From Zygophlyctis sp. KS116 (Eukaryota > Fungi > Chytridiomycota), in assembly GCA_054661495.1 (NCBI GenBank), contig BAAFSQ010000433.1, positions 1 to 6,582 of the forward strand: DNA of 6,582 bases. Reading direction: 5' to 3'. A program made the translations under genes and the position numbers. Positions 1-6,582 of the stretch are shown piece by piece (position 1 is the stretch's first letter; each line of letters opens with the position of its first letter). The notes under the pieces were generated by a model. The model searched no databases. It had not been told where the DNA came from and saw only the letters and a program-made list of their open reading frames with translations.

Positions 1-978
1 GAATCCCAAGAAATTACTGTAAATCCTATAATATGCCTTAATTTCTAGGTTTTAACTGATCGTAGCTTGGGTATCTATATAACATTCATTGTGGGCTTAC
101 TTGTTTTATCATTGCCACCAATTGTACATGCCATTTATCGCTTTATTGACAATACGGATTTGCTCAAGACTGTCGATTTATTGAAAGACTTGAACATCTT
201 GTATCTAAACATGGGAAGTCTGTCTTGGCAGATTTTTGCAGGTTATTTCGATTGTCCCAACAAGGTATTCTGTGCTCAACCGTTTGATAAAGGAGTCCAT
301 AATTTTGAAGATGCTATTGATACTGTAATATTTTTTTCTTAACAATAGCTGGAACATGCATATATTGATGCAGTTAGTATCATGCAAGGATATCCCCGTA
401 TAATTGATATCTTTACTCAGTCTCAATGCTTTGACACTCCAAATGGTTTATATCGATGTGTTACCAGGGATTCCTTATATTTCCCAGAAAACTTTGTTTC
501 CAAGACACATAATGGCTATTCCAATCTAGTACAAAATTTCATTCGAAGCGCCAGAAAGTATGCCACTCGGGTTTTGGAATTGTACAGTGTTAATAAGATT
601 CCAGAAGATATCCGAGAAGACACATCTACAGAAGCTGATTTCCACTTTTTGTATGAAATCCCTCTTCTTGAAGGGGAAGCCGGTGCTTATCAGGCTATTC
701 ATGAAGCTGTTCTTATATTGGATGAAGAGGTTGTTCGTGGTATACTTGCCGCCAACATTTCTTATGCAGTCGGACTAGCAGCCAGTTTTATTATATTCTT
801 GTGGGTCTTTGGAGCTATTAGAAAAAGCATCATTGCAGAAACAAAGTATGCTCGTGGAGGTAAGATTAATATTTTATTAAAACTAGTTTTATACATGGTT
901 CCATATGATGTCCTCCGCAATACAAAGGCCATGATTGAATACATTGAAAATCTCCATGCAGCGCTAAGTACGAAATAA
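1..978 (+). CDS. 5'-partial multi-pass membrane protein (C-terminal ~298 aa), possibly TmcB/TmcC-like PAS-domain membrane sensor family; exons <1..18, 49..324, 349..859, 887..978
   Basis: ORFs 67..342 and 382..978 are in the same frame and join via GT..AG introns 19..48 and 325..348, plus a probable stopless intron 860..886. The spliced protein has a TM helix (LGIYITFIVGLLVLSLPPIV), a ~200-aa Cys-containing loop, a second TM (ISYAVGLAASFIIFLWVFGAI), then KSIIAETKYARGVLYMVPYDVLRNTKAMIEYIENL and TAA at 976..978. Coding status is well supported; the family call is from recalled resemblance only. Confidence 0.65.
19..48 (+). other. Spliceosomal intron, 30 nt, phase 0 (gene 1)
   Basis: GTAAATCCTATAATATGCCTTAATTTCTAG; removes in-frame TAG and joins ESQEIT|VLTDRSLG. 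Only 18 nt of upstream exon are visible. Confidence 0.75.
325..348 (+). other. Spliceosomal intron, 24 nt, phase 0 (gene 1)
   Basis: GTAATATTTTTTTCTTAACAATAG; TTAAC branch-like motif; removes in-frame TAA and TAG and joins DAIDT|LEHAYIDAVSIMQG. Confidence 0.88.
860..886 (+). other. Probable stopless spliceosomal intron, 27 nt, phase 1 (gene 1)
   Basis: GTAAGATTAATATTTTATTAAAACTAG; strong GTAAG donor, very AT-rich, same TTAA-N3-TAG 3' end and size as the other introns. Not required for frame (reads through as GKINILLKLV), so inferred from signals only. Confidence 0.75.
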
Positions 979-979
979 A
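974..979 (+). terminator. Candidate polyadenylation signal AATAAA overlapping the gene 1 stop codon
   Basis: AAA TAA A at 973..979 contains AATAAA. Plausible given the tiny intergenic space, but also common by chance in AT-rich DNA. Confidence 0.3.
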
Positions 980-1073
980 TTTAAAAACATTGAAAGTTTA
1001 TACAAATTTTCAGATCTGATTGACTACTACGGTCGTTAAAATCTTTGAGGGCTGTAGGGTTTTCATCTAAAAA
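979..1073 (+). promoter_or_regulatory. 95-bp intergenic region: 3' end of gene 1 and probable core promoter/5' UTR of UTP22, with RRPE-like (AAATTTTCA 1004..1012) and telo-box-like (TAGGGTTT 1055..1062) motifs
   Basis: Only non-coding space between the TAA at 978 and the ATG at 1074. The motifs are read directly; their function is inferred from yeast and plant ribosome-biogenesis promoters. Confidence 0.45.
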
Positions 1074-4000
1074 ATGCAAAATTTTGACTCAAAAATCCAA
1101 AATTTAAGAGTCCAAGCACTACTTGATTCAGTTCCGATTGCATTCGATGAATCAGAATTATTTAAAATCAAAAAAGTTCTTTCAGAGGAAAATGTAGCGG
1201 TTGTCGGAAGCTATTTACTAGAAACAGCCATCAAGAATCCATCTGGAATTTCAATCGATTTGTTGATTTCTTTGCCAATAGAAAAATTACAGCCAAAAGA
1301 TTTTAGAAACCATCGACTTTTTCAAAAGAAACTAGGGGTTTTGGAGTCTTTGAGTCAAAAATTGGAAAAATCAAATGAATTTCCAGATTTCTCTTTTCAA
1401 ATTCAGGATGATGCTACATTATGCATGCACAAAAAATCTCTTCAGATAAGAATATTGGTGGGAATTCCAAATGATTTTTTTATAACGAGAAAATTAGCAC
1501 CAAGAAGAAATAATTTAAAAAAGGATAATCTAAATGAAAAGGTGACACCATACTATAATCAGACTGTACTAAGAGATATGGGATATATTTCTCATTTGAA
1601 TTTTTTACATTTTTACTGTAAAGAGGCTCAAGGATTTAGAAATGCGGTTAAATTAGGGAAAATTTGGATACAGCAGAAATTAAGAAAATCAAGGTTTTCA
1701 GGTTTTATCTATTCAATGCTACTGGCATTTCTTGTGCAGAATTCATCTGGGGTTAGTATTGAAGGTGCTTCCAGGTCTAGGTGCAAAATTAAGATTCCAA
1801 AGGAAACAACTGATTGGCAAATGTTTAAAGTAATGATGGAATTTTTAGCTACACATGATTTTGTCAAGGAACCCATAGTAATGACTCAAGAAGTTGGAAT
1901 AGAAGAGGAATTTTCTTTGAAAGAATTTGTGGATAATTATGATGTAGTCATAATTGACCCTACAGGAATGATTAATATTGGTGCAGTCTTGACTGTTTCA
2001 GATCTAGATTATGTAAAGTTTGAAGCTAAAAGAGCACTGGCTCTACTAAAATCTGGAGAAGAAGATGGTTTCAATGATATTTTTTTAAAATCTCATCCAG
2101 AAATTCAGAAATTTGATCATTTTGCTAGGATCCCAGGTCATTTACTAAATTTACCCGCTTATACTAATGATGCTAAAGTAGATTTTCCCAATCCTATGAA
2201 TTTTGCTTTGCGATATCTGCCAAAAGTTTTGAAAAAGGCTTTGACAGATAGAGTCGAATTAATTTCTATGACTGCAAGTGATTTTAAGAAAGGTTCAGAC
2301 TCAAAAAAAGACTGTGAAATTACGATTGGAGTGATTTTGAATACAGAGAATGCGCTTAGAGAAGTTGAATTTGGCCCTCCTTCAGATGATACGGTTTCTG
2401 TAGAAAAGTTTAGACGTTTATGGGGTGAAAAGGCTGAAATGCGTAGGTTCAAGGATGGTTCTATCTTAGAAAGTGTTGTGTTTCCGTCTGATGGAAGTTT
2501 GGAGGACAGAGCCAAAATTTTGCAGAATATGATGTTATTTTTAATCAAGAGGCATATGGGTGTGACATTGGAAGAAGGGAAATCTTATTTTTCCAATCCA
2601 TTTTTCAAGCTCTTGAAGGCCCCTGGTATGGATTTAGCAACTCAGAAATCTTTTGGAAAAGTAAACGAATCATTTGCACTACTAACAAAACAATTGAAAT
2701 CCCTTAAAGATTTGCCTTTAAATGTTACAAGTGTGAAAATGTCACATCCTGGATTGTATTTTTGTTCAGCAATAGTAAACCAACCGCATCCAGATGAACA
2801 TGCTTTTAATAATGGATATCGCCCCTTCATTGAATCAATGGATACAGTAATAGAACTTGAAACTTCAGGCCATTGGCCGGAAAATCTTTTGAAGATTCAG
2901 CAAATGAAAACTGCCTTCTATCTGAAAATTGCTCAAAGTCTCAACACTCTATATCCCGGGACTATTTGCCGTGTCAGCATTGGCGAGCGAGATAATGTCA
3001 TGTCTTGTGGTTGGATAGACATAATTGTGAGTACAGGTTATAAATTTCGTTGTCGCATTCACAGCGAACGCGAACATTTTCTTCTTAATCAGGAGAAGGA
3101 ATCAGAAGTCACAACATCAATAAGCATGTTCGAGCAATTATATGTGCATTTACCTCTGCATTCAAGTAAGCTATACACTTTATGTCTGGACTATCCATTT
3201 CTGCCCCTTACAATTCGTCTAGTGAAGAGATGGATCGGTGCCCATCTTCTATCTAGTCATGTTTCAGATCAAACCGTTGAACTTCTTTGTGCGTTCGTAT
3301 TCGTCAAAACTGGCAGTTTATCTCCCCCTGCATCTTCATGGTGCGGCTTTGTCAGAGTTTTGAACGTTTTTGCAACACATGATTGGAAATCTGAGCCCCT
3401 AATTTTTGAACTTCAGAAGGGGACGATGAACGACGATATGAAAAATACTATTTTATCCAAATTTCAAACATTAAAATCAGATACTATTTATATTGCCACC
3501 GAAGATGATCCTGAAGCGAAGAAATATCCCAGAATTAAACCAATTATCATGAATCGCCTGAAAGCTCTATCATATTCTTGCACGAAACTCATTGACAATT
3601 TTTCTTTGGAGTCCAAGTGGATAAAGGTGAGTGATAATTTGGTTAAAAATAGAAACTTTTCGTTACTCCGACTAAGGATTATGATGCAATTATACATCTT
3701 TCCCCGGAAAAATGCTCTAGGTATCGGGAGAGTATTAATTATGATGCTTCTCTCGCTTCAGAAGTCAAGCCCAAATTTAGAAATTTGATTTCTTCTAAAG
3801 ATCGTGAATCGGCCTTGATATCTCGAATAGATTCAGTAGCTTGCTACATTAAGGACCTCGAAAAATCCCTCTCAGAAGTTGCACTATTTTTCTTTGACAA
3901 ATACGGAGGTGATAAGATCATGGTTCTTTGGAAGGATAATGGTTCAAATACTGCATGGAAAATAGAATCTAAATTCAATTTTGTACACGTGGTAAGTTGT

Positions 4001-4141
4001 ATAATATTGAAATTATAGGAACCTAAGTCCAAGAAACGAAAGGTTGAGAAAATGGTAAAGCGCAACGATCAAGCCATTCTTTCAGAAATGGAACGGCTTG
4101 GACTTGGACTTATTGATAGAATTGAGATCATAATGAATTAG
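1074..4141 (+). CDS. UTP22: U3 snoRNA-associated protein 22 / nucleolar protein 6 (Nrap family), ~1004 aa; exons 1074..3626, 3653..3991, 4019..4141
   Basis: Nrap-family motifs in the expected order: VVGSYLL..IDLLISLP..LQPKDFRNHR, TPYYNQTVLRD, IDPTGMINI, FRRLWGEKAEMRRFKDGSILESVVF, LETSGHWPENL..IQQMKTAFYLKIA, TIRLVKRWIGAHLL, HDWKSEPLI. After splicing 3627..3652: LFVTPTKDYDAIIHL..KFRNL..LFFFDKYGGDKIMVLW. After splicing 3992..4018: NDQAILSEMERLGLGLIDRI, stop TAG 4139..4141. The ATG is preceded by an A-rich run. Confidence 0.95.
3627..3652 (+). other. Spliceosomal intron, 26 nt, phase 0 (UTP22 intron 1)
   Basis: AG|GTGAGTGATAATTTGGTTAAAAATAG; required to shift into the frame carrying the C-terminal Nrap motifs (KWIK|KLFVTPTKDYD). 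Confidence 0.92.
3992..4018 (+). other. Spliceosomal intron, 27 nt, phase 0 (UTP22 intron 2)
   Basis: G|GTAAGTTGTATAATATTGAAATTATAG; perfect GTAAGT donor; removal restores the conserved C-terminal AILSEMERLG helix. Confidence 0.92.
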
Positions 4142-6569
4142 CGTCAAGAAAAATATGAATAGATCCAGATTCTTCTTCTTTACCTGAAATTGTCGACACT
4201 AGTAGATCATCCTCCCCATCTCCATCTATGTCATGTACTAACATAGTGCTTCCGAATCTCTGCAAAGATTCGCTGCCGCAGTAACAGCTAAAATTAGTTC
4301 CTTGAATTGAATTAGATCCTGAAGAAAAATTGTCTAATCTATAAACTCTGCCAGTCTCCCTATCATACATTGGTTCAGTAATCCATAAGGGACCATTCAT
4401 TTTGTTGCCGAAACGTATGGAATCACCAAAATGACCAAATGAATGCGTTCCATATACAGTGCTTACAACATGATTACCCAATGATGAAATGCTAACATTT
4501 CCTATAATGTTGGATGAATTGATGTATCTGACACATCCTGATTGAAATCCTTTCAGCTCTGGCCGCAGCAATAGCCCGGGAAGAAGCACGAATGAAGGAT
4601 CCGGATTTTGAGATTTCTAAATATTAAAATATGAAAGTATTACTTCTGTCGATGATGATATAAGCAAAATCGGCTCTCCGGCTCCATAAAAATCACCGAG
4701 GGCTATTGATTGACCAAATTGAGAAAATGAACTATTAGAAGTTATTGTAAATCTTAAAACTGGCTTTACTCCCCCATCCAGTCCAAATCCATAAACACGC
4801 CCTTGACTCATGTCTTGACTTAAATCCACCCGATATCCTGGTGAACCAACATAAAGCATTTTTCCTGAAATTTGAAAAGCAGATCCGAATAATTCATAAT
4901 TCTGAGAACCTTCTAAAAACCAATCAGCTTCATCTACAGAAATCAAGCCAAGGTGCCGAGAAGCAGCGTAAAATGCACATATTTTTCCTCTTTGGTAGCT
5001 TGATGGAGATGTCGTAGTATGAGGAGACCCAATCAAAAGATCTTTAAACCCATCCCCATCTAAATCGAAGCCTTCCAATTTCTCTCCTAATACATTAAAC
5101 TGACTATCCCATTTTTCGCCAGGTATGTGGGGTATTTTTTGAGGTAATTCCGATTTAATTGTTACGTCTGGAATCCTGCTAAGCCCGTTCTCAGAACCAA
5201 AAAAGATATAAACAGTGCCTAAATAATCTAAAGATGTGGCTTTTGTAGTTGGCGCTGAAACTGCAAGATCATCAATCCCATCCATATTTAAATCTACTAC
5301 TGCAATTGAGTATCCAAATCTTTGCCCACTTTCATGATTTACTAAAATTGAATAATTAGAGTTTTCATTTACTAGTCCCGAGACTAAATTATTGTTAAGA
5401 ATATATACAATCCCAGTTTGAACTCTTTCAGATGTCGAAAAATAAGGCGCGGAAACCGCTAAATATTACAAAAAGACCTCACCTAATTCATTTAATCCAT
5501 CACCATTAAAATCCCCAATCGCCATCGCTTTTCCAAATTGAGAAAAGATCGAATCCGAATCTATCCTAATAGAATTCCTTTTGGTCGCATATTTACAAGG
5601 ATCTTTTTGAAAAAGATTTCTTAGTAAAAAAAAGGTATTTGATGTTAATTCCTTTAAAACTGAAAAAATCGTGTCTAACCATGTCGCCTTTGTATCTTCT
5701 TTTTTACTCGATTTTTCTCTAGAAGCTGAAAATAAACTTGCAAGAATATTTTTGGGTTGAGGCACAGAATAAAGATCAATAAATTTACAAAATCTAGTTT
5801 GATTTGAAGAATTATATATATCATTTGCCAATATTTCCCAGCAATCAATGACAGAATTGACCATATCCATTACACCACCTCTAAAATAATCCCTATAACC
5901 TTGAACAAGCAAAGGCGACAATTGAGCATAATGCGGCATCAAGTATTTCCCAGCAATACTGATCCCCATTGTTCCTAAATACCCTAATGCCATGCATGTA
6001 TTAATCTGAAATTCAGAAACTACGTTTTAAATTTCCATTTAAATACTATTTAATCCCAAAGCTTTATAAATTTGTACTAATTCTTTGACTGGCCACTTCC
6101 AAACTCTACTTAAAAATCCCAATTTAGATGAATGCGCCAGAACCATTTCACCACCGTAATCTGCAGTATCATGAGCCGTTTGCAAATCTCCATTAAAATC
6201 CAAATATTGCAAGTATTCTATAAACCCCTGTTCAGTATTTAATGAATGCCAAGAAGCGTCCGCAACTCCGTGCGACACCATTCCAAAAAGAAATGCCATC
6301 AGTTCTTGACTTGGCTTCATCTTCAATGCCTGATCCCAAAACTGCGGCCAATGAGCGACTTCAGACGCCTCTGGATGATTTAAGCAAGCATATCCCCAAT
6401 CAGGAAAATACGATCCTGCCTGCAAATACTCGATTTTTGAAGATAATAATTTATATAAATTTTGATCCTTTGTCAGCTGCATTGCTCGATGACTAATGAA
6501 TATATGAGTTGCCATTCCACATCCTCTGATGGTTCCAATTCCTATCAGCATTAGTATAAACCATTGCAT
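4128..6569 (-). CDS. GPLD1: Glycosylphosphatidylinositol-specific phospholipase D homologue (signal peptide + Zn-dependent phospholipase domain + 7 FG-GAP repeats), ~787 aa; exons 6569..6047, 6019..5483, 5458..4644, 4616..4128
   Basis: Signal peptide MQWFILMLIGIGTIRG followed by CGMATHIFISHRA (cf. mature mammalian GPLD1 N-terminus CGLSTH). Catalytic-domain motifs QAGSYFPDWGY, SEVAHW, FLFGMVSHGVADASWHSL, AHDTADYGGE. FG-GAP blades such as FGKAMAIGDFNGDGLNELAVSAPY, FGYSIAVVDLNMDGIDDLAVSAP, DLDGDGFKDLLIGSP, FGSTMLVHDIDGDGEDDLLVS. Four same-frame ORFs join through three introns; stop TGA at 4130..4128. Confidence 0.93.
4617..4643 (-). other. Spliceosomal intron, 27 nt, phase 0 (GPLD1 intron 3)
   Basis: Minus strand GTAATACTTTCATATTTTAATATTTAG; the terminal TAG is the stop of ORF 4617..5285; joins ISSSTE|KSQNPDP. 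Confidence 0.88.
5459..5482 (-). other. Spliceosomal intron, 24 nt, phase 1 (GPLD1 intron 2)
   Basis: Minus strand AG|GTGAGGTCTTTTTGTAATATTTAG; removal rebuilds the FG-GAP motif DGLNELAVSAPY exactly. Confidence 0.93.
6020..6046 (-). other. Spliceosomal intron, 27 nt, phase 1 (GPLD1 intron 1)
   Basis: Minus strand GTATTTAAATGGAAATTTAAAACGTAG; removes two in-frame TAA and gives KALGLNISEFQINTCMALGY. Confidence 0.85.
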
Positions 6570-6582
6570 TTGTGGCACCAAC

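Noticed and set aside
1752-1780. Possible extra intron starting GTTAGT in UTP22
   Set aside because: The acceptors in the observed size range give 23 or 29 nt, both of which would frameshift an intact conserved ORF. The segment is also not AT-rich like the real introns.
1074-3788. Nucleotidyltransferase-fold protein as a CD-NTase/OAS-like defence enzyme next to a phospholipase effector (CBASS-like reading)
   Set aside because: The protein has the full Nrap/UTP22 motif series, a housekeeping family with a degenerate NTase fold. The phospholipase is a secreted, convergently transcribed GPLD1, and the locus is eukaryotic with introns.
4097-4111. CTTGGA x2.5 tandem repeat
   Set aside because: It merely encodes LGLGL in the conserved UTP22 C-terminus and is too short to be meaningful.
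3627-4141. UTP22 as a frameshifted pseudogene or programmed frameshift; ORF 3785..4018 as a separate gene
   Set aside because: Canonical GTGAGT and GTAAGT introns explain both breaks. The tail of the 904-aa ORF (3627..3788) is intron read-through in the wrong frame.
5342-5372. Intron-like GTAAAT...CTAAT...TTTTAG on the minus strand in GPLD1 exon 3
   Set aside because: It is 31 nt, so removal would break the frame, and the encoded linker is needed for normal spacing between FG-GAP blades 1 and 2.
205-6496. Short alternative-frame or antisense ORFs (205..426, 560..778, 762..944, 2159..2548, 2642..2830, 3488..3697, 3844..4065, 6242..6496)
   Set aside because: All lie wholly within well-supported genes and show no recognisable motifs; they are expected shadow ORFs.
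4128-6581. Stop-codon readthrough or an alternative genetic code (four same-frame GPLD1 ORFs separated by single TAA/TAG-containing gaps; likewise gene 1)
   Set aside because: Every internal stop sits in an AT-rich GT..TAG segment whose removal restores conserved motifs exactly (e.g. NELAVSAPY). Kilobase-long exons have no TAA/TAG, and TAA, TAG and TGA each terminate a gene.
6570-6581. TTG start at 6581 for GPLD1 given by the ORF track
   Set aside because: The ATG at 6569 yields a proper 16-aa signal peptide before CGMATH. The frame is open to the window edge, so a further upstream ATG cannot be fully excluded.

Overview
Eukaryotic nuclear DNA, not prokaryotic: an AT-rich, very compact locus (about 95% coding) whose fragmented ORF track is explained by eight tiny GT..TAG spliceosomal introns of 24-30 nt. 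Splicing these out gives three genes. (1) The 3' part of a membrane protein on + (<1..978), possibly of the TmcB/PAS-sensor-like type. (2) A complete ~1004-aa Nrap/UTP22/NOL6 ribosome-biogenesis factor on + (1074..4141, 3 exons). (3) A complete ~787-aa secreted GPI-specific phospholipase D homologue on - (6569..4128, 4 exons) with a Zn-dependent catalytic domain and 7 FG-GAP repeats. TAA, TAG and TGA are all used as stops, consistent with the standard code. The genes belong to known families; the unusual part is the gene architecture. Seven of 8 introns are multiples of 3, their splice signals double as in-frame stop codons, UTP22 and GPLD1 coding sequences overlap tail-to-tail by 14 nt, and a 95-bp intergenic region carries RRPE-like and telo-box-like motifs. 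An early-diverging fungus (chytrid/Cryptomycota-like) is my inference for the source and is unverified. I found no mobile element, CRISPR array or RNA gene.
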